A stretch of 64,000 nucleotides of DNA from Eubacteriales bacterium (lineage in GTDB: Bacteria; Bacillota; Clostridia; Lachnospirales; Lachnospiraceae), in the NCBI GenBank assembly GCA_030533235.1, contig JAUNJN010000002.1, forward strand, positions 1,462 to 65,461, read 5' to 3'. The position numbers were made by a program, and so were the translations under genes. Of the stretch, positions 19,813 to 30,161 are shown in pieces. The notes beneath the pieces were generated by a model. It was not told the origin of the DNA. It worked only from the letters and a program-made list of their open reading frames with translations, and searched no databases. The first letter of the stretch is position 1. Each line of letters begins with the position of its first letter.

Positions 19813-21180
19813 CTACAACATATTTTCCTGTGCACGAATCAATTGCTCATACTCCGGAATCGGAACCGGTTTGCTGAAATAGTAACCTTGAAATACATTA
19901 CATCCCCATTTACGAAGTAAATCGACCTGTTCTTTATACTCCACACCCTCTGCCAGACTTTGAAAACCCAAATGCTTTGTCATTGAAATAATATCCCGGA
20001 CGAGCATGCATTCCTTTGAATCCTCCGGCTTATCAATAATCGAATCGACAAAGCTCTTATCCATCTTAATCGTATCCGGTGACATGTTATTCAATAAACT
20101 GAGTGACGAATAACCCGTTCCGAAATCATCCATCGACACATAAAAATCAAGCGCGCGAAGCTCTGTAATCAGAGAACGCAAAAATTCGACATCATCCGAG
20201 GAGGCACTTTCCGTAAGCTCAAATTCAATCAGCCTGTGATCGATTCCCACTTCATCAACCACACTACAAATCTGCTCCCTTAATTGTTTGTTTTCCATAC
20301 GTTTTCTGGATAAATTAACAGAAATCGGATAAACCGGAAGTCCTTTTTCCTGCCATATCTTTATCTGATTACAAACCTTGCGTAAAACAACCTGATCCAG
20401 CTTACCGATTACATCGTAGTTTTCAAAGGCCGGAATAAATGCAATTGGCGGCAAAAGCTTTTCATGCATGTAATTCCATCTTACAAGTGCCTCTGCACCG
20501 ATAATCCGCTCTGAATTCACCTCGTATTTTGGTTGTAAATATACCATAAACTCGTCATTGGAAATTGCGCGGTCCAAATATACAACGAGCTGTTTATCAT
20601 GAAGCATCTTTTCATACATGCCCTGTGTATAAAAATTGATTTCCGTACAGTTGTAGCGTTTTCCCATACGTTGCGCAAACTTTGCAAGATCCGCAACACG
20701 ATCATCCCATTTTTTTGCATCGTCAACCAACACAACTCCGCAACGATAATAAATACGCAGCTGTGGATCAATATTGGAAACGGTAATCGTGTCAAAGAAT
20801 TGTTCCAGTCTTGTCCGAAGTTTCTCCTCCGACTCCGGCTTTACCATCATCGCAAAATTGTCGTTATCACAACGACAAGAGTGAAACACCCAATCCTCAG
20901 CATTTTTCAGAGCATCACAAACCATACAAAGCACCTGGTTTGCCAGATCGTGACCATACAGCTCATTAACCATCTTGAAATCCTTGATATCAAAATGGAC
21001 AAAACAGAACTCCTCTTTAATACGACTTTTGGAATATAAAAACCTCCACATATATGCCCAGTTATAATACCCGGTAATCCCGTCCCGATAGGCAAGATTG
21101 AACAAGTCCTCTTTCGTCACATCCTCCAGCCTGCAAATCCCGTCGAAATTATGTTGTAGAATAAAAAGTTCTTCAGACAT
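19813..21180 (-). CDS. GGDEF(degenerate)-EAL protein, probable c-di-GMP phosphodiesterase
   Basis: GGDEF site reads DNDNF; AEALVRW, ELTES, DDFGTGYSS, AEGVE and QGY are intact. Confidence 0.88.
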   Translation of the reverse strand: MSEELFILQHNFDGICRLEDVTKEDLFNLAYRDGITGYYNWAYMWRFLYSKSRIKEEFCFVHFDIKDFKMVNELYGHDLANQVLCMVCDALKNAEDWVFHSCRCDNDNFAMMVKPESEEKLRTRLEQFFDTITVSNIDPQLRIYYRCGVVLVDDAKKWDDRVADLAKFAQRMGKRYNCTEINFYTQGMYEKMLHDKQLVVYLDRAISNDEFMVYLQPKYEVNSERIIGAEALVRWNYMHEKLLPPIAFIPAFENYDVIGKLDQVVLRKVCNQIKIWQEKGLPVYPISVNLSRKRMENKQLREQICSVVDEVGIDHRLIEFELTESASSDDVEFLRSLITELRALDFYVSMDDFGTGYSSLSLLNNMSPDTIKMDKSFVDSIIDKPEDSKECMLVRDIISMTKHLGFQSLAEGVEYKEQVDLLRKWGCNVFQGYYFSKPVPIPEYEQLIRAQENML

Positions 21181-21256
21181 ATAACACTCCTACACAATAA
21201 ATCATCAACCGCATAAATCTGTACTAATTATAACACATTTCACCCCCCTTGACTAC

Positions 21257-21288
21257 AAAAAAACCGACCATTTTCATATAGTCGGTTT
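21257..21288 (-). terminator. Intrinsic terminator after the PTS IIC gene
   Basis: AAACCGAC/GTCGGTTT stem with T-run on the minus strand. Confidence 0.65.
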
Positions 21289-21318
21289 GTGAATAATGTC
21301 AAGTTTTGTCTTTCTGTC

Positions 21319-22419
21319 TTACTTGGCGGACGATTGCCTCAAATCCATTCGCTTTTGTATTGATTTTTTCTGTACAATCGTAAACAGAAAACCCAGCGGG
21401 AAGCAAATTATCATGGACAGCATAAAGAGTGCAAATCCCGGTCCGATATATGCCACACATGTAAGGAAGCTCGGGAATGCAAAAGATAAGCAGTGTGTCC
21501 CCGCAGCCCCGCAAATGGCCCCTCCGATTGCGCCGGATAAGCATGCTGCAAGCATCGGCCGTCCGAGCGGCACATTGACACCAAACAATGCAGGTTCCGT
21601 CACACCTAGCGCTGCAGTAAAGGACGCTTGATATGCCATACGCTGTTTTTCTTTATTTCCCTTATACAAAACCGCTACCGCAAGTGCCGCACCGGCCTGC
21701 CCGTATACAGCACCTCCAAGAAGCGGCAGAATCGAATCATATCCGTTTGCTGCTATATTTGCAAGGACAATCGGGATCAGACTCCAATGCGCCCCGACAA
21801 CAACCATCGGCTGGATAATCATACCCATAAATGCACCTGCTACAATCGCATTCCAATCGTAAATTGAGAAAAATGCAGTCGTTAACATATCTCCGATCCA
21901 TGTCCCAATTCTTCCGAACAACAAAAATGTCAGCGGCAAAACAATCAGACAGCATATGATCGGCTTCATAAATCCCTTTATCGCATCCGGCAAATATTTG
22001 TCGCAAGGTTTTTCCACATATCGAAGCAACAAAACAGCAAGCAAAACCGGAATAACGCCGGAGTGAAATACAGTCGGCGGAACAAAAAGTCCGACAAAAG
22101 AAAATCCTTCTCCGTTTTCGAGTATTTCCGTAATCTCCGGATACAGCATGGCAACCGGAATGGTCATCGCAATGAATACATCACAATTCCACTGCTTCGC
22201 AGCAGTCACTGCCAAAAAAAACGGAAGAAAATAGAAAAATCCGTCTGACACGGCATAAAAAATCCGATAAACGCCGTTTTGCTCATCCATGACATGAAAT
22301 GTTACAAGCAGCATCATAACACTTTTTAAAAGACCTGCTGCCGTCAGGACATTGATAATCGGCAGAAAAATGCCCGCAATCTGATCTACGACCTTTTGGT
22401 ATGCGTTCTTTTTTTCCAT
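21319..22419 (-). CDS. Stand-alone PTS EIIC (sucrose/beta-glucoside type)
   Basis: IFLPII..AAGLLK, DGFFYFLP, GAHW, GVTEPALFGV; no IIB or IIA domain. Confidence 0.85.
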   Translation of the reverse strand: MEKKNAYQKVVDQIAGIFLPIINVLTAAGLLKSVMMLLVTFHVMDEQNGVYRIFYAVSDGFFYFLPFFLAVTAAKQWNCDVFIAMTIPVAMLYPEITEILENGEGFSFVGLFVPPTVFHSGVIPVLLAVLLLRYVEKPCDKYLPDAIKGFMKPIICCLIVLPLTFLLFGRIGTWIGDMLTTAFFSIYDWNAIVAGAFMGMIIQPMVVVGAHWSLIPIVLANIAANGYDSILPLLGGAVYGQAGAALAVAVLYKGNKEKQRMAYQASFTAALGVTEPALFGVNVPLGRPMLAACLSGAIGGAICGAAGTHCLSFAFPSFLTCVAYIGPGFALFMLSMIICFPLGFLFTIVQKKSIQKRMDLRQSSAK

Positions 22420-22420
22420 A

Positions 22421-23038
22421 TCAAAAATCTCCTTTTTCCTTTAACAGTTGTTCAAGTTGCGCAATTGCCTGTTCTTGATTATGCACACAAATCCCATAAA
22501 ATCCCAACTTACGCGCCGCAAAAACATTTTCCTCTCTGTCATCCAAAAATACACATTCTCCCGGCAACAAATCATACTTCTCACAAAGCAATTGATAGAT
22601 TCCTGGATCCGGCTTTATCATATGACACTCGTAGGATACAACGCGTCCATCGGTATATGGAAGAAAGGAATAATTTTTTGAATGCATCAAAAACATGCGT
22701 TCCGGATAGTTTGACAACAGATACACCCGATATCCCCGCTCCTTTAATCCCTGTAACCATTCACGCGATTTCGGATAATCCGTGACGACATGTTCCATAT
22801 TTCCGAGGAACAAGTCGATTTCCTTCGCATATTGCGGGGAAATTTGTTTGAATTGTTCTCGAATATAATCTTCTGCCATAACACCAAGATCCATCTCATT
22901 CCAAAGCGGATGCCCTATCATATGTACGCCTAAATGTTCGATTGCCTCCTCGCAAATGCCAAGTTCCCGCATAGTCTTTGCCCAATGAAAATCGATTAGT
23001 ACCATACCGATATCAAACACAACATTTTTTATCTTCAT
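22421..23038 (-). CDS. HAD-family phosphatase
   Basis: VVFDIGMVL, LLSN, IKPDP, FLDD; start moved to ATG 23038. Confidence 0.88.
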   Translation of the reverse strand: MKIKNVVFDIGMVLIDFHWAKTMRELGICEEAIEHLGVHMIGHPLWNEMDLGVMAEDYIREQFKQISPQYAKEIDLFLGNMEHVVTDYPKSREWLQGLKERGYRVYLLSNYPERMFLMHSKNYSFLPYTDGRVVSYECHMIKPDPGIYQLLCEKYDLLPGECVFLDDREENVFAARKLGFYGICVHNQEQAIAQLEQLLKEKGDF

Positions 23039-23296
23039 CCACCTTACCTCACATAACATGATATATCAAACGAATTTCCGCACATATTATATCACGGATT
23101 TCGGAAACATAAAATCCATAAAAACAGCAAAAATCAACGTCTCCGATGAGGCAAAATCCCCAGTGCGACACTTGATAACGAAGCAATAATATGTTAACAT
23201 ACAAATGTCAAAATTTGCATTTTTGTGTTGTTTGAAATACAAAATTTTGGGGAATACTACAGAAAGTTCACACAGGTAAAGGAGTCTTGACTGCGC

Positions 23297-24457
23297 ATGA
23301 AAAAAGTCTTGATGTTAGCGACAACTGCCGCAATGATCGAGCAATTTAATAAAAGTAACATTCTCATTCTCGAAGAGATGGGGTATACGGTAGATGTTGC
23401 CGGAAATTTTGATGAGGGTAACCCAATCTCTCAGGAAAAGCTTAATTTATTCAAAACCTGGCTCGAAGAACACGGGGCCGGCTGGTATAATCTTCCTGCT
23501 ACCCGCAAACCAACCGATTTAAAAAACAATCGTCGAGCACTTAAGATGGTCATTTCTCTAATAAAGGAAAACCATTATGAATTTATTCACTGTCACACAC
23601 CGCTTGGATCCGTCATTGGACGCTTTGCAGCACACAAAACAAAAACACCTATTATTTATACGGCGCACGGCTTCCACTTTTTCAAAGGTGCTCCGATTAA
23701 AAACTGGCTGATATATTACCCAATCGAATGGTTTTGTTCTTTTATGACGGATTTGCTAATCACCATCAATAAAGAAGACTTCAAACGGGCTAATCGCCAC
23801 TTGCACGCAAAGGATGTCAAGTATATTCCCGGTGTCGGCGTGGATATTCCCCGTTTTCAAAACTGCGTCATCAATAAAGAAGCCTATATACGGGAATTCA
23901 ACTTTCCCGAGGATGCGTTTGTGCTGCTTTCCGTCGGAGAATTGATGGAACGCAAAAATCAAATCGTTATCATAGAGGCACTTCACAAACTAAACAACCC
24001 GAATATTTATTATTTGGCAGTCGGACAAGGACATTTACAAAAGCTCTATGAATCCAAAATTTGTGAATATCACCTTGAAAATCAAATCAAACTGTTAGGC
24101 TTTCGAGATGATGTCGACAGGCTTTGCAAATATGCAAACTGCTTTGTGCATCCATCCATACGTGAAGGCCTGGGCATTGCCCCATTAGAAGCCATGGCAA
24201 GCGGCATGCCGCTCATATCAGCCAACATAAACGGGATGAAGGACTACACCGCACAAAACAAAACCGGTTTTTGCATCCACCCTACCGAGGTCGACGAAAT
24301 GGCAAATGCTATTGATTACATTTACAAACATCCTGAATTTGCAAAAGCATGCGGTACGCACAACCAAAAGGTCGTAAAAAAATATGACATTGCGCATAGC
24401 AAATCCGTCATGCGCGATATTTATGCAACGTTTATCAAAACACATGAAGGAAAATAG
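23297..24457 (+). CDS. Glycosyltransferase family 4 (EPS/CPS type)
   Basis: HCHTP, YTAHGFHF, PGVGVD, REGLGIAPLEAMASG. Confidence 0.9.
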   Translation: MKKVLMLATTAAMIEQFNKSNILILEEMGYTVDVAGNFDEGNPISQEKLNLFKTWLEEHGAGWYNLPATRKPTDLKNNRRALKMVISLIKENHYEFIHCHTPLGSVIGRFAAHKTKTPIIYTAHGFHFFKGAPIKNWLIYYPIEWFCSFMTDLLITINKEDFKRANRHLHAKDVKYIPGVGVDIPRFQNCVINKEAYIREFNFPEDAFVLLSVGELMERKNQIVIIEALHKLNNPNIYYLAVGQGHLQKLYESKICEYHLENQIKLLGFRDDVDRLCKYANCFVHPSIREGLGIAPLEAMASGMPLISANINGMKDYTAQNKTGFCIHPTEVDEMANAIDYIYKHPEFAKACGTHNQKVVKKYDIAHSKSVMRDIYATFIKTHEGK

Positions 24458-24488
24458 GTGTTGCACACAAGCGACACAATCAACAACC

Positions 24489-24524
24489 AAAAGAACGAGT
24501 CTTGCTAAGAAGACTCGTTCTTTT
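24489..24524. terminator. Bidirectional terminator between the GT4 gene and pdxR
   Basis: Perfect 15-bp stem AAAAGAACGAGTCTT/AAGACTCGTTCTTTT. Confidence 0.8.
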
Positions 24525-24525
24525 A

Positions 24526-25938
24526 TCATCCCACCCATGCCAGTGTCAGTTGCTCCACTACTCTCTGTAAATCCGCCTCCCCAAGGCCGGCATAATTTAT
24601 GATTGCGGTGTGCTGATATTCCTCTTTGATAATATTGTAGTCCTGATTATAATAATCAGACAGAAACGATACCTGTATCCCATGTGCATTTGCTTTTTTC
24701 TTTAACACAACATCCGATTCCCCGGTTTTTATCGTGAGCAAAAAATGCAATCCCGCATTCTCCTCACTAATCCGAACATGCTCGCCCAACTTACTTTGCT
24801 CTATCAAACGAATAAACTGATCGCGAACTCCTTTATAATGATTGCGCATACGATTGATATGTTTTTCAAAGTATTGTTCCTTGATAAATGCAGCTAACGT
24901 ATATTGCTCAAAATTGGAAACAGTACATGCATAAAAGCCAAGCTGCTCATAAAACCGTTTCAGTAACGGCAAAGGTAAAACCATATAGCTGATACGAATT
25001 GTCGGTGCAAGACTTTTTGTAAAGGTATTAAAATAAATAACCTTGTCCGTTGCATCCATCGAAAACAAGGAGGGAATCGGTTTTCCCTGTAACCTGAATT
25101 CACTGTCATAATCATCTTCAATAATATAACGATGCATCGATTCATTCGCCCACTGTAAAAGTCCATACCGCCTGCTTACCGATGTTACAATACCGGTCGG
25201 AAAATGGTGTGACGGTGAGATTTGTATGATATCCGGCATCGTCAGATTTTCCGGTGTCAGCATGACACCCTCATGATCCATTTCAAGCGGTACAATCTTT
25301 GCTCCCATCGCCTGATAAATACGACGTATTTTTTTAGAACTCGGATTTTCCAAGCCATATATCTTATCTCTGCCAAGCAACTGTACAATCAAGCTGTATA
25401 AATACTCGGTTCCGGCACCGACAATCACCTGCTCCGGTGATACATGGATGCCGCGAAAATCTTTAAGATGCTTTGTGATCGCCTCACGCAGCAAAACAAC
25501 GCCTCCTGCCGGAGGAGTTACAAGCAGTTTCGCATCCTGCTCCGTCAGAATCCTACGTGTCAGTTTTGCCCAGACTGAAAACGGAAAATGCTCGGCCGGC
25601 ATGTGATTAGAGCTTAAATTCATAAAATCAGCTTGTTCAGAAAGTATCGGTGTATTTATAAGGTCAGTTTGTCTCATTTCCTTGTCTATCTGACTTTGTA
25701 TCGGTGAGACAAAAAAACCGCTTTTCGGCTTTGAATAAATATATCCTTCTGCTAAAAGCTGTCCATATGCATTTTCTACCGTTATTACACTAATTCCGTG
25801 ATTAGCCGCAAAATTACGTTTGGAAGGAAGTTTTTCATGTGGCTTAAGTACACCGTTTACAATATCTCTTTTCATACAATTATAAAGATAAGTATACAAG
25901 TTTTCGGTTCCTCGATGATCAAATGAATATGTCAACAC
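24526..25938 (-). CDS. pdxR: MocR/GabR-family regulator (GntR HTH plus PLP aminotransferase-like domain), probable PdxR
   Basis: KLPSKR..TVENAYGQL..EGY, EDDYDSEF, TFTKSLAPTIRISY; divergent from pdxK. Confidence 0.8.
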   Translation of the reverse strand: MLTYSFDHRGTENLYTYLYNCMKRDIVNGVLKPHEKLPSKRNFAANHGISVITVENAYGQLLAEGYIYSKPKSGFFVSPIQSQIDKEMRQTDLINTPILSEQADFMNLSSNHMPAEHFPFSVWAKLTRRILTEQDAKLLVTPPAGGVVLLREAITKHLKDFRGIHVSPEQVIVGAGTEYLYSLIVQLLGRDKIYGLENPSSKKIRRIYQAMGAKIVPLEMDHEGVMLTPENLTMPDIIQISPSHHFPTGIVTSVSRRYGLLQWANESMHRYIIEDDYDSEFRLQGKPIPSLFSMDATDKVIYFNTFTKSLAPTIRISYMVLPLPLLKRFYEQLGFYACTVSNFEQYTLAAFIKEQYFEKHINRMRNHYKGVRDQFIRLIEQSKLGEHVRISEENAGLHFLLTIKTGESDVVLKKKANAHGIQVSFLSDYYNQDYNIIKEEYQHTAIINYAGLGEADLQRVVEQLTLAWVG

Positions 25939-25994
25939 AGTCTGACTCCTCCTTCAAATATATATATATCATAGCTTATATTGACATTCTTGTA

Positions 25995-26044
25995 AATCTG
26001 AACTTATACTATTTGTAATCGATTGAGCATTTACACAAGGTCAA
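25995..26044 (+). promoter_or_regulatory. Putative PdxR operator in the pdxR-pdxK intergenic region
   Basis: CTGAAC (25998), TTGAGC (26023) and inverted GGTCAA (26039); shares AATCTGA, TGAGCATTT and GTCAA with the pdxS upstream region. Confidence 0.6.
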
Positions 26045-26105
26045 ATCTGGTTTATGTTAGACGAGAAAGATTCCAATTTGAAAAAATACAGAAAGGGCTA
26101 CTCTT

Positions 26106-26948
26106 ATGACAAACAAAAAAATATTAACTTTGCAGGATATTTCCTGCTACGGACAGTGTTCGCTTACCGTTGCACTTCCTATTATTTCCGCATGCGGAAT
26201 TGAAACTGTTATTTTGCCTTCCGCTGTTTTATCTACACATACAGGCGGATTTACCGGTTATACCTTCCGCGATTTGACAGAGGATATTCCAAAGATAAAA
26301 ACCCATTGGGAAAACGAGGGCTTAAAATTCGACTGTCTATATACCGGATACCTCGGAAGTGTTACACAAATTGATTATGTGTATGAGCTTCGTGACCATG
26401 TGTTAAATGAGAATGCAACATTAATTGTTGATCCGGCAATGGCAGACAACGGAAATCTCTACTATGGATTTGATCAGAATTTTGTGGAAAACATGGCAAA
26501 GCTTTGCGGATGCGCTGATATTATTCTTCCTAATATTACAGAAGCCGCCTTTATGACCAACAGTGAAATTTGCCTTGAACATCATGAAGAAGCATATGTA
26601 AATATGTTGCTTGAAAAGCTTACCGCTCTCGGATGCAAGAAAATCATCTTAAAGGGTATTTCCTTTAAAGATGATGAAATTGGTGTTGTGTATCACGATA
26701 GCGAAACAGGTATTTCCAAGTATTACTTCACGGAAAAGATTCCAAAAAGCTCCCACGGAACGGGTGATTGTTACGCTTCTGCATTTACAGGTGCTCTCAT
26801 TCAAGGACTCGATCCGTACGAAGCTGCCAAGCTTGCTTGCGACTTTGTAGTAGAATGCATCCGAAAAACAATGGATGACAACAACCATGCTTATGGTGTA
26901 AAATTTGAGAAAGCACTTCCAATGCTTGTTTCAAAATTAAACAAATAG
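26106..26948 (+). CDS. pdxK: Pyridoxal/pyridoxamine kinase
   Basis: LSTHTGG, YTGYLGS, DPAMAD, PNITEA, HGTGD. Confidence 0.88.
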   Translation: MTNKKILTLQDISCYGQCSLTVALPIISACGIETVILPSAVLSTHTGGFTGYTFRDLTEDIPKIKTHWENEGLKFDCLYTGYLGSVTQIDYVYELRDHVLNENATLIVDPAMADNGNLYYGFDQNFVENMAKLCGCADIILPNITEAAFMTNSEICLEHHEEAYVNMLLEKLTALGCKKIILKGISFKDDEIGVVYHDSETGISKYYFTEKIPKSSHGTGDCYASAFTGALIQGLDPYEAAKLACDFVVECIRKTMDDNNHAYGVKFEKALPMLVSKLNK

Positions 26949-26956
26949 ACCTATAC

Positions 26957-27003
26957 ATCCGGCAGGCACACTTATCAAATGCGGTTGTTTGCCGGATATT
27001 TTT
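26957..27003 (+). terminator. Intrinsic terminator after pdxK
   Basis: ATCCGGCA/TGCCGGAT stem followed by ATTTTT. Confidence 0.6.
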
Positions 27004-27017
27004 AGGGAGGAAATATC

Positions 27018-27755
27018 GTGGGAACCTATAGAGATTTGGAAAAAGCTCTGCTTTCGCAGAGTGAAAATCAAATATATCATTCGAATTATCAGAGCGAACT
27101 TTATTTTTACCGTGCAGTCCAACAGGGCAATCTCGAACAGGTAACCAAATTATTCACGCCTCTTTCCACAAACGGTATGGGTGTTCTGTCGAAAAATTCA
27201 CTGCGAAACATCCGCTATCATTTTGTTGTATCTGTTGCCCTCATTACTCGTTTTTGCATTGAAGGCGGATTACCAACCGAAACTGCATATACACTCTCTG
27301 ATTTGTATATTCAACGTGCCGACACCATGACAAACGAGCAAAGTATCGCCGACCTACACAAGGAAATGATTTTTGAATTTACTACCATAATGCAAAGCAA
27401 ACGAACCGAACACGTGATGTCGCTTGTAGTTTCACAAGCTGTAAACTATATTCACAAAAACCTCCGCAAGCCAATCAAGGAAAGCGAGATTGCTGAAGCA
27501 CTTTGCGTAAGCAGCAGCTATTTATCCTCGCTGTTCAAGCAGGAAATCGGTATCGGTATCAAAGCCTACATTCAGACCGCCCGCATCGAAGCTGCAAAAA
27601 ACATGCTTCGATATTCCGATTATGATTATTCGGTAATCAGTAATTACTTATGTTTTAGTTCGCATTCTTATTTTATTTCCGTATTTAAGAAACATACCGG
27701 TATGACGCCAAAGGAATATCGCAATCGATACTTTCAAAGCAATTGGACCGAATAA
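27018..27755 (+). CDS. AraC-family transcriptional regulator
   Basis: SYLSSLFKQE, FSSHSYFISVFKKHTGMTPKEYR; GGGAGG RBS. Confidence 0.9.
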   Translation: MGTYRDLEKALLSQSENQIYHSNYQSELYFYRAVQQGNLEQVTKLFTPLSTNGMGVLSKNSLRNIRYHFVVSVALITRFCIEGGLPTETAYTLSDLYIQRADTMTNEQSIADLHKEMIFEFTTIMQSKRTEHVMSLVVSQAVNYIHKNLRKPIKESEIAEALCVSSSYLSSLFKQEIGIGIKAYIQTARIEAAKNMLRYSDYDYSVISNYLCFSSHSYFISVFKKHTGMTPKEYRNRYFQSNWTE

Positions 27756-27763
27756 ATGGATGC

Positions 27764-28450
27764 TTATTCAAAATCATCGATTCTATCCTTTGGATAGAAT
27801 CGCCGATACCCAAGCTTCACAAACAAAGGTCTGACAACCAGATGCCATACATAGACCAATACAAAACATATTAGAATTGCACTCGGCATTGTTTTTGAAA
27901 TGGACGGCTTTTTACTTTCAATTTCATTTATCTGTTTCTCTAATTCTTCGGAAGCCTTTATTAAATCCGTATACTCCGCATTCACCTCGATAAATTCATG
28001 TGTACGTTCATCCAAGCCTTCCAGCGTGGTTTCATGCTCCTCGATTCCGGTCTGAAGCTCTTTTATTTGCGCTCTTCTGTCAGCAACCTCATCCGATAAC
28101 CTTCGTTCCGTAATTGTAAACACAATACAAATCTGCACGATTGTAATAACAAACACATAAAATACTGTGACAACAATTGTTTCGATCTGTTTTTTCATAA
28201 ATTGGGATTGAAATGGTTTTGCAAGCACATTGGCAATCATTCTTGTCGGAAGAACAAATTCAATCATAAAAGCAAGTAAAAGAGCAAGCAATAATCCAAG
28301 TCCTAAAACCGAAATCGAAAAAGATCCGGCCGAGATAAGTACATATACCGAAATTATCACCCCCGTCGTGACTCCGGTAAGAATCGTCGCAAAGTTATTT
28401 ACCTTTTTCTCAAGTTTTTCAGCCTGATCCATCGTAAGCTGTATTCTCAT
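27764..28450 (-). CDS. Hypothetical four-TM protein with a coiled-coil loop
   Basis: Three hydrophobic helices, a charged heptad region, then a fourth helix; starts 1 nt after the EAL stop. Confidence 0.65.
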   Translation of the reverse strand: MRIQLTMDQAEKLEKKVNNFATILTGVTTGVIISVYVLISAGSFSISVLGLGLLLALLLAFMIEFVLPTRMIANVLAKPFQSQFMKKQIETIVVTVFYVFVITIVQICIVFTITERRLSDEVADRRAQIKELQTGIEEHETTLEGLDERTHEFIEVNAEYTDLIKASEELEKQINEIESKKPSISKTMPSAILICFVLVYVWHLVVRPLFVKLGYRRFYPKDRIDDFE

Positions 28451-28451
28451 G

Positions 28452-30146
28452 TTAGTATTCCTCGTTTCCGATCGTCAATTGACGTTCAAAATCTTCCTTC
28501 GGAAGCGGTCTGCCATAATAAAATCCCTGAACCAAAAAGCAACCGACTTCGGAGAGCAGTTCCACCTGTTCTTTGCTTTCCGCACCCTCTGCAATACATT
28601 CCAGACCAAGCGCATGTCCCATTGCAATCACATGCTTTAACATCGTCCGCTTCTGTTCAAAATCCGTATCTCCGATTACCGGTAACAGACTACGATCAAG
28701 CTTCAATACCTTCCAAGGAAGATCCCGAATCAAATTCAAAGAAGAATATCCTGCACCGAAATCATCAATCGCCGTGCAGATTTCTGCATCATTTAATTCG
28801 GTAATAACATCCCGCAAAATTTGAAAACTGACATCTGCAGTCGTCTCCGTCAGTTCAATAGCAATATACGCATGCGGTATCTTATAACGATCAATGATTT
28901 CAATTATTTTCCTCGCCAGATGCGCATTTGAAAGATTAATACGCGAAAAATTCACCGACACTCTCACCGGATCATATCCCGTATCCATCCACCTGCGAAT
29001 ATCCCGTCATACATGCTCAAGCATATAAAAATCAAGCTGACATATATCATTACTCTGCTCTAAAACTGAAATGAACTCCGAAGGAGGAATCATTTGACCG
29101 TTATGCCCCCATCTGCAAAGGGCCTCCGCACCAATCAACTCCCCGGTTTTTGAATTCATCTTTGGCTGATAATATACAATAAACTCTTCTTTTGCCATGC
29201 CCGCTACTGCCTCAACTGCAGTCTGTTTTCTGACACTAAGCTGTCTTCTCTGTTCATCGTTATATTCAAGATAATCCTCATACTTTAATTGCTTTGCAAG
29301 CAATCCTGCATCATGCGTACTCTCACAGACCAGATGCAGGGAATCCTGTCCCTTCGGAAAATAGTAACCGGTTCTTGAACTTATCACAAGCTCCGGCATT
29401 GCAGTTATCTCGGTCCTCAGCACACATCTGACAAGTACATTTTTTAATTGCTCATAAACATCAATCTTAAACAGCACCAAAAAATTATCTCCACCGATAC
29501 GATAGATGATTCCGTTTTCTCCCAACACTTCCTGTATAGCCTGAATATATTTTTTCATAATTGTTGTTCCGACCGAATATCCAAGTCGTGCATTAATATA
29601 TTTATAATCCTTTATATTAAATCGTGCAGTTCCATATTGAGCCATGACCCCCTGTCGTACCATACGATCTATGTCCTTCATAAACGATACCATATTCGGC
29701 AAATCAAAATCAGTATCATTGTTCTGTATATAATCTGCCAATGAAACAAGATTAGAACGGCTATTCATCAAAAAAAGCACATGAAAGAAGCTTTGAATTC
29801 GTTTTATTTCTTCTTCATTCCACGCAGCATCATTCACAATCTGATATACCGTATATGTTGCAATCGTATCACCTCTTGTTATTTGATCACATACCAGACA
29901 CCGATTGGTATCAGCCTGTACACTGTCATACACAGTCATAGGCGAATTGTTTTTATACACTCGTCGTAATAAGTCCACCTTCATATATACACGCACGTCC
30001 ACTTTGCCGATCCGGAGTAACTGAAGGCACCGAACAATCTCCGGGCGTTGCATGAAATCATCTTTTATTGGAAAAATATTATATAATTCATCCACCATCG
30101 CACCAAAGGCATCCATATATTCTTTATCATGACTTGTTGTTCCCAT
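28452..30146 (-). pseudogene. GGDEF(GGDNF)-EAL protein interrupted by an in-frame TGA at 29007-29009
   Basis: Read-through gives ..FYMLEHV*RDIRRWMDTGY.. in one frame; the EAL domain is split (AEALCRW before, DDFGAGYSS after). Confidence 0.8.
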
Positions 30147-30161
30147 ATATTTGCTCCTTTT

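Noticed and set aside
23145-23190. GGCAAA plus small hairpin upstream of GT4 resembling a c-di-GMP-I riboswitch
   Set aside because: Lacks the GACGCAAAG junction and the second stem
29007-29009. Genome-wide UGA recoding
   Set aside because: Other genes (NUDIX, ABC ATPase, pstC, tcdA, murB) end at TGA at their expected C-termini
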